Below, one piece after another: positions 17,268 through 27,659 of a stretch of DNA of 64,000 nucleotides. A program made the translations under genes and the position numbers. This stretch comes from a virus. Lineage: Duplodnaviria > Caudoviricetes. The DNA is taken from IMG/VR virus record IMGVR_UViG_3300014205_000219, positions 5,057 through 69,056 of that record; one strand, 5' to 3'. How positions within the stretch are numbered: the stretch's first letter is position 1; every line of letters starts with the position of its first letter. The notes beneath the pieces are model-generated. The model was not told the DNA's origin. It saw only the letters and a program-made list of their open reading frames with translations, and searched no databases.

Positions 17268-19505
17268 ATGGCGGTTAGTAATCAATTTCCTCGACAAGAT
17301 ATTCCTGAGTCTAGTAAGACTCTTGACTGGATGAGTCTTCATCTTTCGTATTCCGAGTCTCTTTTAATGAATTATAACAACGCAAGACAGCGAATGACTC
17401 GTCTGTATAACGTTTATAATGGCATTAAAGACCCGTTATCTATTGAATGGCTCACCAAAACATACGGACAAGAAAATAAAGCTAAGTTTATAGCTTATAG
17501 ACTTGGCAGAACCAAGATTGATCTTCTTCAAGGTGAATGGCTAAAACGTCCATTACAATCAACCGTAACAACTATTAATTCCGAAGCTGTAACTGATAAG
17601 ATGGAGCAATTCTATTTCTTAAAAGGAGCAATGATTTCTCGTAATGAAATAGCTGCCGTTAAGGATAAAGCAGGTGTGGATGTAATGGAGGGAATAGAGA
17701 TACCTGAAAATGATGATGTCTTTGGAAAGATGAAGTTCAAAGATAAATGTGAAGATGTGATGCAGCTTATTGTTGACAAAGCAGTGGTGCATTTAGATGT
17801 TAAGAAGAAATTATCTGAAAGTTTCTTGGATTGTGAAATCACTAATCATGCTCACTTTATGATTGAATTAAATCAAAAGGGCGATGTGGAGATTCATAAA
17901 ATAGACCCTAGAGATGCTATTTATGAAGTGATACAGGGAGATGATTATATTGAGCATAGTCCGGTTCGTGGATGTAGAAGGGTAATGCCAGTGCATGAGA
18001 TATTACTTCGTTATGATTTAAGTAAAGAAGATAGAGATAAATTAGAAGCTGCAAGGCAGAGTCCAAATGCTTATATAGGTTCCGGCGGATTAAGCAGGGG
18101 GTATATGGACTATGTTAATGGAGAGTTGCTCTGTGATGTTATTCATATAGAGTGGGATTCTGTTACGCCAATGTACACTAAAGTAGTTCCTAAAACACAA
18201 TCTCAGCTTCTTATTGACCCAAGTCCAGACCCTCTTACTTTTGAGATGGATACAACTAAATACGAAACTAATAAAGAGTATCACGATAAAAACGTTGCTA
18301 AGGGTGAGTATCAAATTGTTACTAAATACATGGAGCAGCGATATGAAGCTACACGTATCGGCGGTATAATTGATATTAACAGGCGCAAAGTCCCTAATAA
18401 AAAGAGAAGTATTGATAATCCATCTGAGATACTTTCTTCCACTTATGTTTCTTACATACATGGAAGGGTTAATGGCACAAGCGTTTCGCTACAACAAATT
18501 ATAGAGAACTTTGATAATCTTTATGATATAGCAATGTATCAAAAGAACAGAGAGCTTGCTAAAGGATTTGGTAAAATATTAACTATTGACAGGTCGGCTA
18601 TTGGACCTAAAGATAGTCTTAAAGATACTTATTATCGTATGGCTAACGATCAAGTGTTAGAATACGATTCGTCTGCTGCCGGTAATTTAGGTGGTAGACA
18701 GCTAGACCCTGCAATGATGTTTAAGCAGTTGGATTTAGGTATAGGAGAAAGCATTGCTTATTATGATACACTTTGTCAAAACATTTCAAATCAAATAAGT
18801 CAAATTACAGGCATTAACGAGAACAGGCAGGGTATAACAGCGGCTAGTTCCACCGCCACTGCCCAACAGTCAGATATAGCTAATTCTCGTACAATTACAG
18901 AGGCATTGTTTTATGGCTATTCAGGGTTTGTAAAAAGAGTGATGAAAGCTATTGTGGATAAGTCTGCAATATCGTATGCTTTTTATAAAACAGAAGAAGG
19001 CGAACAAGTGTTGGGCGCTGAAAGATTTGCATTCTTAAAAGCAACGGTTGATTTAGCTTACAGAGATTATAACATTGAAATCGAAGATGGTAGTCGTTAT
19101 ATGGAGATTGCCGGAAAGATTGAGAAAATGATGGAAGTATCTTTGAATGCTAAAGAGATACGAATGATGGATGCTTTAAATGTATTGCTTGCTGAAACAG
19201 TTGCTCAGAAGAGACAGTTCTTAGTAAGCGCGTGGGAAGATATGTCTGCACGAATGGAAAAACAACAGCAAATGGAGCAGGAATCTATGGCTCAAATGCA
19301 ACAACAACAATTAGAAACCCAGCTACAAATAGCAAAAGAAGATCGTGAAGATCGCCAAGCAGCGGAACAACAAAATATAGTCACTAAAGGTCAAGTTGAA
19401 ATAGAGGTGAATAGAGCAAAAGCCGAAAGTGATTCTGTATTACTTAATCAAAAAATAAATGGAGATATTATTACTAAAACGCAACCACCCGACAACCCAT
19501 TATAA
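17268..19505 (+). CDS. Portal protein
   Basis: 745 aa after TerL; QISQITGINENRQG motif and Q-rich coiled-coil C-terminus of podoviral portals. Confidence 0.85.
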   Translation: MAVSNQFPRQDIPESSKTLDWMSLHLSYSESLLMNYNNARQRMTRLYNVYNGIKDPLSIEWLTKTYGQENKAKFIAYRLGRTKIDLLQGEWLKRPLQSTVTTINSEAVTDKMEQFYFLKGAMISRNEIAAVKDKAGVDVMEGIEIPENDDVFGKMKFKDKCEDVMQLIVDKAVVHLDVKKKLSESFLDCEITNHAHFMIELNQKGDVEIHKIDPRDAIYEVIQGDDYIEHSPVRGCRRVMPVHEILLRYDLSKEDRDKLEAARQSPNAYIGSGGLSRGYMDYVNGELLCDVIHIEWDSVTPMYTKVVPKTQSQLLIDPSPDPLTFEMDTTKYETNKEYHDKNVAKGEYQIVTKYMEQRYEATRIGGIIDINRRKVPNKKRSIDNPSEILSSTYVSYIHGRVNGTSVSLQQIIENFDNLYDIAMYQKNRELAKGFGKILTIDRSAIGPKDSLKDTYYRMANDQVLEYDSSAAGNLGGRQLDPAMMFKQLDLGIGESIAYYDTLCQNISNQISQITGINENRQGITAASSTATAQQSDIANSRTITEALFYGYSGFVKRVMKAIVDKSAISYAFYKTEEGEQVLGAERFAFLKATVDLAYRDYNIEIEDGSRYMEIAGKIEKMMEVSLNAKEIRMMDALNVLLAETVAQKRQFLVSAWEDMSARMEKQQQMEQESMAQMQQQQLETQLQIAKEDREDRQAAEQQNIVTKGQVEIEVNRAKAESDSVLLNQKINGDIITKTQPPDNPL

Positions 19506-19575
19506 TTTCAATATTGTAATGAAATAAAATAATTAATTTTCCTTACAAAGTTGAGATAAAAATATGCTTTGTTCC

Positions 19576-19623
19576 CGATTAATCCCTCTATTAAACTTGA
19601 CTGTTTTTAGGGGGATTTTTCTT
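19576..19623 (+). terminator. Long hairpin/terminator after portal
   Basis: AATCCCTCTA...TAGGGGGATT followed by T-run. Confidence 0.55.
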
Positions 19624-19624
19624 T

Positions 19625-19667
19625 AGGTTGCGTTTTAGTAGTACTATTTTGATAAAAGTTATCAACA
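19625..19667 (+). promoter_or_regulatory. Conserved upstream element copy 1 (AGGTTGCGTTTT-N-CTATTTT-N-ATAAA-GTTNTCAACA)
   Basis: Aligns with 24565-24606. Confidence 0.6.
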
Positions 19668-19727
19668 GGGTATTAAAACTCAAATGTTAAATAACTAAAT
19701 TTACCTTATAATTTAATATTATAGACA

Positions 19728-20888
19728 ATGGAAACAAATAATAACGGCGGCCAAGAGCCACAGTCTGGTACTGTAAAACCGATTTGGGAAAAAATAGGAG
19801 GGCAGACAGATTTAGTCGAAATAGTTACCCCTACCCCTTCTGCGGAAGTAAAACAAGATATTCAAACAGAGGACACTACTACTCCCTCTACGGAATCAGA
19901 AACAACTCCTGCAATAGAAGTTAAACCTGATGCTAAGACAGAAGGTGCTGCTACCGAAACTAAACCTGAAACTACCCCTGAGGCTAAAACTGATACAGAA
20001 GTATTGGAATTAACAGCAGAGGATATTAAAGATGCTCCCGCTCAGTATGAAGATGGTACATTTAAAGCCCTTGCTGCCGATTTAGGTTTTGAGGTGCCGG
20101 AAGAATCATTTGAGGTGTTTCACAAAACATTTAAAGAAAACTTTGTACCAAAGGCAGAAGTAGATAAAATTGCTACTGCTAATAAAGAGAAATTCTTTGC
20201 TACTTTAGACCCTAAAATTGCTACTGCATTTGAGCTTATTGAAATGGGCGTTCCACAAGAACTTGCATTAAATCCAACAAAAGCACAGGATGAATATTTA
20301 GCCATGGATTCTCAGAGTTTAGTAAGGGCTGCTTTGGCGGCTCAGCCTAACTGGACAGAAGAAATGGTTGAAACACAAATGGAAGAATTAGCTTTAGAGC
20401 CTTCCAAATTAGAGGTAAAAGCAAACATAGTAAGAGCTAATCTTACTGCTGAAAAGCAACAAATATTACAAGAGCAACAACAAATAGTTCAGAAATATAC
20501 AGAGCAGAAACAACAAGCCGCTTTACAACAAAAGATGGAGGTTGACAAACAATTTAAAGAAGCGCTTGCCAATGAGCAAGCCTTTATGGGAGTCACTTTA
20601 TCTAAAGAATATAAAGAGGCAATCTTATCTAAGTACAATAAAGGTGCTTATAATGAGGTATTGTCACCCGCTCAGGCAAAAGTAAGAGCTATTATTTTGA
20701 TGGAATCGGGGGATAAATTTGCTAAAACCGCACTTTCCAAGGCGAAAGAAGATGGCAAAGCAGAGATCGTTCGTAAACTATCAGATGTGCCACCTAAAAA
20801 TCCAAATGCTGGAGGTAGGCAACAAGTTGTAGCAGCAGATAACCAAGAAGACAAATCACCATTCAAGAATATACCAATTTTTGAATAA
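19728..20888 (+). CDS. Putative scaffolding protein
   Basis: Acidic T/E/P-rich N-terminus, coiled coil, between portal and capsid. Confidence 0.7.
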   Translation: METNNNGGQEPQSGTVKPIWEKIGGQTDLVEIVTPTPSAEVKQDIQTEDTTTPSTESETTPAIEVKPDAKTEGAATETKPETTPEAKTDTEVLELTAEDIKDAPAQYEDGTFKALAADLGFEVPEESFEVFHKTFKENFVPKAEVDKIATANKEKFFATLDPKIATAFELIEMGVPQELALNPTKAQDEYLAMDSQSLVRAALAAQPNWTEEMVETQMEELALEPSKLEVKANIVRANLTAEKQQILQEQQQIVQKYTEQKQQAALQQKMEVDKQFKEALANEQAFMGVTLSKEYKEAILSKYNKGAYNEVLSPAQAKVRAIILMESGDKFAKTALSKAKEDGKAEIVRKLSDVPPKNPNAGGRQQVVAADNQEDKSPFKNIPIFE

Positions 20889-20938
20889 CTCATTAAGGGA
20901 AGCATGGTTAATTATTTAACTCTTAAAAACTAAAAATT

Positions 20939-22429
20939 ATGGCTATGAATCCCGGTCAAATTAAGATTACAACTGGACAATTCTCATCAGAGTGTGTGTC
21001 TCAGTATGACTTAATCTCCAACCAAGCGGCTTATCCTCAAATTCGCCCAATGATTGACTTTGTTCAAAAAAGACAAATGACAACTCTTTTTACTTCTGGA
21101 GCAGTAACTCCTTATGGTATTAAGTACACTAAACCAACACGTATTCCTAACGTAGAGACAAAAGGAAAAGGAATTGGAGCTGACGCTTATCAATTTCGTA
21201 TTATGGGTCGTCCTGAAAGGGTAGCTACTATCTTAGGACAAGTAGGTTCTTCTGGCTCAGATGGTAAATTCACTTTAAAACTTTTAGATGCTAATGTAGA
21301 TAAAGGGGATAACGTTACATTTTATGGTGGCCGTAAGGTAGCCCGCGTAATGAATGGTCCTCGTCAATCTGCTGGCGGATTCCTGTATGACTTTCAATCA
21401 CCTTCACGTGAGGTTTTTGATTACGCAACTTGGGTAGCTCCTCAATCTGGAACTAAAACCTGTTTCACTTCATGGACAACTTTTGGAGAACAATCACTTC
21501 GTGGTTACGGTTATTCTAAGTTTCCTGATATGTTCATTAATCACATGACTATTCAACGTCAAAGTATCTCTATCACTGGCGATGCTAATACACAGGTATT
21601 ATGGTTGAATTACATGGGTACTGATGGAGTAGAGGGTAAAGGTTGGATGTATCAAGAAGTAGCTCAATTAAAAAATAAAATGTCTGTTCAGAACGAACGC
21701 GCTAAAATATTTGGCGTGTCTTCTATGAAGAACTCTGATGGAACTTTAGCTACCACTTCTAATTTGATTGATTCCGAAACTGGTCGTCCTATTATTCAGG
21801 GTGACGGTATTGAAGAGCAAATTGCCGGTGGTAATGTTATCTACGGAAGTGGAACTAACGGACAGCCTACTATTGATGATTACAAGGATATGATGAAGGC
21901 ACTCCAATTAAAAGGAGATTTAGTGGACGGATATACTTGGTTGTTTGTAATGGGTACTGTTGGTTATTACAATTTCCAAACAGAAGCAGTTGCACATTTA
22001 GGAAATCAAAATGTACAGTTAATGCAAGCTGTTAACAATGATGGTTCTGCTGCTGGTGGTTCTGAAATTAATGCAGGTTACACCTTCACTAAAATCAACT
22101 TCGCTGGCAACACCATTATCGCTTGTTTACACCCATTGTTTGACGATCAGTTAATGGCTGCTGAAATTGGTTCTGATGGTAACTCAATTCTATCAGGTAC
22201 TATTTTCGTATTGCCTTTAGGTTCTGAAGCTAATATGAATATGGAAGTGTTGCATAAAGCAGCTTTCGGTATTGATAGAAGTATGGTGGAAGCTACCTTA
22301 AACGGTATGACTGGCGCTCCTGAAGCTATCATTACTCAGGAAGATGCTAAGACTTACGCAGTGCTTAAACAGGATATGCTTAATATCTATAATTCACAAA
22401 TTTGTGGTATTATCTATCCTTCAACCTAG
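20939..22429 (+). CDS. Major capsid protein (crAss-like HK97 fold)
   Basis: 496 aa; E.S..G.....N.MTIQR.S.SITGDA motif; followed by strong terminator. Confidence 0.85.
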   Translation: MAMNPGQIKITTGQFSSECVSQYDLISNQAAYPQIRPMIDFVQKRQMTTLFTSGAVTPYGIKYTKPTRIPNVETKGKGIGADAYQFRIMGRPERVATILGQVGSSGSDGKFTLKLLDANVDKGDNVTFYGGRKVARVMNGPRQSAGGFLYDFQSPSREVFDYATWVAPQSGTKTCFTSWTTFGEQSLRGYGYSKFPDMFINHMTIQRQSISITGDANTQVLWLNYMGTDGVEGKGWMYQEVAQLKNKMSVQNERAKIFGVSSMKNSDGTLATTSNLIDSETGRPIIQGDGIEEQIAGGNVIYGSGTNGQPTIDDYKDMMKALQLKGDLVDGYTWLFVMGTVGYYNFQTEAVAHLGNQNVQLMQAVNNDGSAAGGSEINAGYTFTKINFAGNTIIACLHPLFDDQLMAAEIGSDGNSILSGTIFVLPLGSEANMNMEVLHKAAFGIDRSMVEATLNGMTGAPEAIITQEDAKTYAVLKQDMLNIYNSQICGIIYPST

Positions 22430-22436
22430 TTAAATT

Positions 22437-22469
22437 AAGAGGGTGTAAAAAGCCCTCTTTCTTTTTTTT
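22437..22469 (+). terminator. Intrinsic terminator, loop T-GTAAAA-G
   Basis: AAGAGGG TGTAAAAG CCCTCTT plus T-run. Confidence 0.85.
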
Positions 22470-22493
22470 AATTAATTAATAAATAAACAATAA

Positions 22494-23684
22494 ATGGAAA
22501 CACAAGGTTTTAACCTATCTACGGTAAAAAATTCTGGCGGTAGAACTGCCAAAGAGGGCGTAGAATATATCACGGTTACAGATGGTAATGGAGGTGATAT
22601 AAAGATTATGAATATTGAAAATGAGATGTATGCTCCAAGAGAGGGTATTATTGAGATCATTCCTTTAAAAATAGCAAAGGGAATGGGTAATGCCATACGC
22701 CATCAAAATGAAGTTACATTCAGATGCGTTCGGGATAAAGCCACTGGTTGGCTAATTGGCATTCCAATGCCCGGTTATCGCGGAAAGGATAAGTCTATCG
22801 AATTTGAAAGATTTATTATTCGTGGTGCTGAGTTCTTAGATTTATCTATCCCTAAAGAGCGCTTGAAATGGATTTGTATTAAATACGGACCATTCTTAAA
22901 AGGCTCTCCTAATTTTCAAACACAATCTAAAACTGTATACGAAGCTGTGGATAAAGAAAAACAGGCAACTGAGTTCTTTAAAAATCGTAAGTCTAAACGC
23001 AAAGCAGGTGAAATTGCTGAAAGTTTACACGGTGAAGAGTTATTGGGAATGGCTATGGCTTTAGGTATTGACCCTAAACTATACTCTACCACTCAACTTG
23101 AAATGGAAGTGATTAAATTCGCTGAAAATCCTGAGAAGGTAAATGGTAAAACTGGAGCTGAGAGATTCTTAGATGTTTATAACAGTGATTCTAAAGTTGA
23201 ATTAATCACATTGAAACGTGGTTTATCTACTGGCATCTTAACTGAAAACTTAAACGCTGGAATTAATTTTAATGGACTTACATTAGGTCATAGTGAACAA
23301 GAAGCTGTTGGTTATCTTAAAGCACACCCTTCTACTTTAACTTCTATTGATATTCAGTCTCGTAAAATTCAGGATTCAAGCACTCAGGCTTTTGATACAA
23401 AACCTCCTGTAATTAAAGATGAGAAAGATGCCATTATAGAGCGTCAGAGAAAGGAGATGGAAGAAATGAAGGCTAGATTAGCACAAGTTAATGAAGAGGC
23501 TTTAGAAGCCAAATCTGATGCTATAATTGCTAATGAAGACCCTGAACTTGCAGAGCTTATTTCTGAGGCTAAAAGACTTTTAATTAAATCTCCTCATTTA
23601 ATTGGTCGTAATGATACAATGGATGTAAGGAAACAGAAATTGAAAGAAAAAATAGCTGAGACAAATCGACAAGCAAATAACTAA
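22494..23684 (+). CDS. Conserved capsid-module protein
   Basis: 396 aa directly after MCP, as in crAss-like gene order. Confidence 0.75.
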   Translation: METQGFNLSTVKNSGGRTAKEGVEYITVTDGNGGDIKIMNIENEMYAPREGIIEIIPLKIAKGMGNAIRHQNEVTFRCVRDKATGWLIGIPMPGYRGKDKSIEFERFIIRGAEFLDLSIPKERLKWICIKYGPFLKGSPNFQTQSKTVYEAVDKEKQATEFFKNRKSKRKAGEIAESLHGEELLGMAMALGIDPKLYSTTQLEMEVIKFAENPEKVNGKTGAERFLDVYNSDSKVELITLKRGLSTGILTENLNAGINFNGLTLGHSEQEAVGYLKAHPSTLTSIDIQSRKIQDSSTQAFDTKPPVIKDEKDAIIERQRKEMEEMKARLAQVNEEALEAKSDAIIANEDPELAELISEAKRLLIKSPHLIGRNDTMDVRKQKLKEKIAETNRQANN

Positions 23685-23692
23685 ACAAAATT

Positions 23693-23719
23693 AAGCCGAT
23701 GTAAAAAGTCGGCTTTTTT
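23693..23719 (+). terminator. Intrinsic terminator, loop T-GTAAAAA-G
   Basis: AAGCCGA TGTAAAAAG TCGGCTT plus T-run. Confidence 0.85.
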
Positions 23720-23746
23720 ATTTATCTTTATTAAAAATTATACCTG

Positions 23747-24565
23747 ATGAATAGTATAGAGATTAAACAGAAAATAGAGTTTTATATAGACCTTACAAGA
23801 AGCGCCCGTTTTACTTTTCAGGAGATAAACATGGCGGTAAATGATTCTATGTTTGAATTTATAAGTCAGGAAATGGGATATGAAGATCAGCGTAACCCAG
23901 AGAATTTTCAATGGGTACAAAGAATAAGAGATAATTTATATCCATTAATTAAAACATCTAATCCAACTATTTCAAATGGTACTGCTGTAACATCTCCTTA
24001 TTATACATCTATTCCTACAAGCCTTACCCTTCCATCTGATTACGATACATTTATTTCTTTACAGTATACTATTTCAAGTATAACGTATTACGCAAGGCCA
24101 ACTTCGTTTAACGAGATAGGTCCACTGTTAGAAGATTCTTTTAAACACCCTGCGAATGACCTTGGTTATTTTAATGAATCGACAAGCTCAATTACACTGT
24201 GGCGCGGAAGTACTGGAACGGTAAGCTCTGCATTGCTTACTTATTTAAAAATACCTAACACTTTCTCTATCGGTCAAGACAATCAGGCTATTAATACCGG
24301 CGGTACACTCACTAATGCAATCACTTATTACGCTTTAGAAACAAGTGTATATGCGGGTGTAACGTATTATATGGGGGCTGTTATTACAGGAACAGGTGCG
24401 GCACTAACATCTGGAAGTGTTATTGCGGTTAGTAATACAGTGGCTTTAGAGCTGCCCGCAAAGGTTCACGAACGCATTTGTAAAATGGCAAGTGAGAAGT
24501 TACTGAAGGTAATTGGTATGTTTGATGCTTCCGCTGCTATCGAATCTGAAGCACAAAAACAGTAA
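23747..24565 (+). CDS. Putative head-tail ring/adaptor protein
   Basis: N-terminal FT.QEIN.A.N....F and C-terminal LP..VHE.I.KMA patterns of P22 gp4-like ring proteins. Confidence 0.6.
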   Translation: MNSIEIKQKIEFYIDLTRSARFTFQEINMAVNDSMFEFISQEMGYEDQRNPENFQWVQRIRDNLYPLIKTSNPTISNGTAVTSPYYTSIPTSLTLPSDYDTFISLQYTISSITYYARPTSFNEIGPLLEDSFKHPANDLGYFNESTSSITLWRGSTGTVSSALLTYLKIPNTFSIGQDNQAINTGGTLTNAITYYALETSVYAGVTYYMGAVITGTGAALTSGSVIAVSNTVALELPAKVHERICKMASEKLLKVIGMFDASAAIESEAQKQ

Positions 24566-24606
24566 GGTTGCGTTTTTTATCCTCTATTTTTATAAAGTTT
24601 TCAACA
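24565..24606 (+). promoter_or_regulatory. Conserved upstream element copy 2
   Basis: Aligns with 19625-19667. Confidence 0.6.
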
Positions 24607-24672
24607 AATTGATTTGTAATTGAGTAATTGTAATTACTTTTAATCATTATAAACAATTAAAAATTTATCAAA

Positions 24673-26277
24673 ATGAGCAGACAAATTAAAGAATCGGTAT
24701 TGTTCCGTACCTCTGCGGCTACGGATGTGCAATGCAGCGGCAGGGTTATCCAAGTCGCAGGTTTGAAGTCTATATCTAAAAAAGATATTACAGGCATCTA
24801 CCAATCAATTTACAAGGCAGAGGTTGTTCAGGTATCTACTGTAACAACCTCTTCTATTACACCGGCAGCAGCTACGCTTTATCAGGTGGTAGTTTATGAC
24901 CCAGTTCGTGTAGATCAAAGTTACACAGAGTCACCAAAAATTTACAGATACAAAACAAGTAATGACTTGTCTGTTGAAGGTGCAAATGCTGCTTTACAGC
25001 GTGAGTATATCAACTTACAGTTAATCGCTAAGATTAATGCAGACCCTACTTGCCATGCAACCGCGGCTACATTAACTGGCGGTGCTGGTTTTACTGTAAC
25101 TGATGATGGTGGTTATTACCCTGTTTGGAGTCAATCAATGACTAACGTAAAGGGTATTAACTCCGTTTACACTATTGCTAATCCTGATGGCGGTGGATTC
25201 GCTGGCGATTTAGCCGCTATTACAACTCCTGCTGTGTACTCTTATGGTACAGGCGCTAAGTTGTTACTACAAAATCCAATCGTATCATTTGTGTTTGGTA
25301 ATTTAATATCAGGTGTGCTTGAAGCGCCTCCTGTAACTACTGCTGGACTTCCTGCTGTAAGTGGTCAAAACTATGATGGTTTTATTATCACTTCATTAAA
25401 AGCTGTTCCTGCAATTGCTGTTGGTGGTCAATTAGCTTACCAAGACAGATTATCTACTATTTTCGTAGACAATGGTACTGGTACTGCAACTACCAACTTA
25501 TCAGGATTTAAAGCATTTGAGCGTGTTATGCACAAATTAATGCTTCAGGAATATGTAGATGATGCTTCTGCTGTTATTGAGTTCTTCGATCAGCCTTTAG
25601 TATTTCAAGACCCACTTGGTGCAGCTCCAACCGGAACAGCTAATACATTAGGATGGCAAATGGGACGTTACACGTCTTTAAACCGTACTAATATCGGAAC
25701 TCAAACAATTGTAGCTCCTGTTTTAAGTGCTACTGGTTTGTTGTTAGATCAGGATGATACTGCTAGTGAAGGCTCTCATACTTCTGCTAATCAACAAACT
25801 TTAGGCGATCAGTCTTTTGTGGTTGGTAAATCAGAGTATATGGCAGTTGCTCGTGTGGTTGCTGCCGACTGGACTGACACTCAGTTCTTGTTAGGTATTC
25901 GTAAGAAAGCTGTTTATACTGCTGATTACAATGATTACACTGACTTAGCTGCTATTGGCGGCGCTGCCGCTGACGGTGATTCAATTACTACTTTTGGCAT
26001 TTTAAATAACGATGCAACCGTAGCTACTGACACTGCTGTTAATTTTGCTGATACTGTAAGTTCTTTACTTATGATTAAAGTGGATATTGATGGTAATGTT
26101 ACTACTTGGGCTAATGGAGTATCTTATCCAATTTACTCTGCTGGTACAACTGCTTTAGTGTTAGATGCTGGTGATGAGTTTATTGGATTCTATCAACACC
26201 TTAACATTGGTGGTGGTGACCCTGCTGTAACAATCAGCGAGTTCTTCTGCGTTCCAACAATAGGTTTAATTGCCTAA
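24673..26277 (+). CDS. Virion structural protein (auxiliary capsid/fibre-like)
   Basis: 534 aa, T/A/G-rich beta-type composition, own upstream element and terminator. Confidence 0.6.
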   Translation: MSRQIKESVLFRTSAATDVQCSGRVIQVAGLKSISKKDITGIYQSIYKAEVVQVSTVTTSSITPAAATLYQVVVYDPVRVDQSYTESPKIYRYKTSNDLSVEGANAALQREYINLQLIAKINADPTCHATAATLTGGAGFTVTDDGGYYPVWSQSMTNVKGINSVYTIANPDGGGFAGDLAAITTPAVYSYGTGAKLLLQNPIVSFVFGNLISGVLEAPPVTTAGLPAVSGQNYDGFIITSLKAVPAIAVGGQLAYQDRLSTIFVDNGTGTATTNLSGFKAFERVMHKLMLQEYVDDASAVIEFFDQPLVFQDPLGAAPTGTANTLGWQMGRYTSLNRTNIGTQTIVAPVLSATGLLLDQDDTASEGSHTSANQQTLGDQSFVVGKSEYMAVARVVAADWTDTQFLLGIRKKAVYTADYNDYTDLAAIGGAAADGDSITTFGILNNDATVATDTAVNFADTVSSLLMIKVDIDGNVTTWANGVSYPIYSAGTTALVLDAGDEFIGFYQHLNIGGGDPAVTISEFFCVPTIGLIA

Positions 26278-26287
26278 TCAAATATAG

Positions 26288-26313
26288 AAGGGGTGTAAAA
26301 AGCCCCTTTTTTT
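26288..26313 (+). terminator. Intrinsic terminator, loop T-GTAAAAA-G
   Basis: AAGGGG TGTAAAAAG CCCCTT plus T-run. Confidence 0.85.
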
Positions 26314-26365
26314 CAAATTAATTAATCAGATCGAGATAACATCTTGGTTATAAAAATTAAAAATC

Positions 26366-27064
26366 ATGTATTTACAAAAATTAGGAAACAAGGCGGTATT
26401 ATCAGGAAATCAAAGATTGATTTTTGGTAATGCTTTAGAAGCCGTTAGTCCAAATGATTTGACAACTTTAAGTCAAGTAGAACAGTTGGTTCAGGATGGT
26501 ATTACCACTGACATATTAGACAACAACAACGCCTTTACGGGCGATAATACACATACTGGCACTGAGACGTTCAGTAACGCTACTGGTATAACTACGGATA
26601 TTATATCTGAAAGAACTGCCGGAAATGGCACTACAATTAAAACTCACATTATATCTGCTGGGAGTGCCACTTTGGCTCCTACCGCCGCACAAAGTGGTAG
26701 CGTAATAGCTTTAGCTAAAGCAGACGGGGTTACAGTTACATTACCAGCCTGTTCAACAACTAATATTGGAATACGTTATAGATTTCAAGTAGCCGTTTCG
26801 TGTACAAGTGTGGGCTATGTTATTAACACTACCGGAACCGATGTATTTTTGGGAGGCATATATGGTACTATTCAAGCTCCCGGAGTTGTTAACGATGCTT
26901 TTTTTGGTGTGTCTACTGCTAATAAAACAATTACCCTAAACGCTACTACCACTTGTGGTTTGATTGGCGGATGGGTAGAGGTTGTATGCGTTTCAGGCAC
27001 TCAATGGATGGTAACAGGCGTAACACTTGGAACCGGAACAATTGCAACTCCATTTTCTAATTAA
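26366..27064 (+). CDS. Fibre/spike-like structural protein
   Basis: G/T-rich; GVTVTLPA...G..Y.F...GGWVEVVC.SGTQWMV beta-domain pattern. Confidence 0.6.
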   Translation: MYLQKLGNKAVLSGNQRLIFGNALEAVSPNDLTTLSQVEQLVQDGITTDILDNNNAFTGDNTHTGTETFSNATGITTDIISERTAGNGTTIKTHIISAGSATLAPTAAQSGSVIALAKADGVTVTLPACSTTNIGIRYRFQVAVSCTSVGYVINTTGTDVFLGGIYGTIQAPGVVNDAFFGVSTANKTITLNATTTCGLIGGWVEVVCVSGTQWMVTGVTLGTGTIATPFSN

Positions 27065-27069
27065 TAACT

Positions 27070-27100
27070 AAACAGGCGGCTTAAAACACCGCTTGTTTTA
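27070..27100 (+). terminator. Intrinsic terminator
   Basis: AAACAGGCGG...CCGCTTGTTT hairpin. Confidence 0.65.
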
Positions 27101-27113
27101 ATATAAAAATAAA

Positions 27114-27659
27114 ATGAGTGTCATATCAGATATTTTTAATGGAACTTTAAACGCTTTAAATAAAGCTGGCGTTGGCGGTAAAACATTAGTTACGCCAATT
27201 ACAGGTTCTCAAATTGCAGTACAAGCTGCTGCTTATGCTAGTGGAGATGTATTGGGTACTGGCAATCCTATTAAGCTGGAAGTCTTTACAAAACATTATG
27301 GTACGGGGATATTACAATCCGTTGTATTAGGTGATTTAGCAAAGCAAGACGGTGCTGTGGGTGTGGTAATATTTAACTCAAATCCAACCGCCACTACTTT
27401 TACTGACAATTCAGCTTTAGATATTGCTGATGCTGATTTACCTAAAATAATTGGCAATGTAGCAATAGCCTCTACTGATTATGCTGATTTTAATGATAGT
27501 AGTATTGCCACTAAAACAGGTGTTGGACTTCCGATTAATAACAATGAATCAGCTTCTTCTTCTGATAAAATTCATATTTGGGTAGCTTTTGTATCAAGAG
27601 ACACTAAGACTTATGGAGCAAATGAATTATCTGCAAACATTGGAATACTACAAGATTAA
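27114..27659 (+). CDS. Structural protein
   Basis: AYASGDV...IFNSNPT....DN.A..I.DAD..KIIG pattern seen in phage virion modules. Confidence 0.6.
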   Translation: MSVISDIFNGTLNALNKAGVGGKTLVTPITGSQIAVQAAAYASGDVLGTGNPIKLEVFTKHYGTGILQSVVLGDLAKQDGAVGVVIFNSNPTATTFTDNSALDIADADLPKIIGNVAIASTDYADFNDSSIATKTGVGLPINNNESASSSDKIHIWVAFVSRDTKTYGANELSANIGILQD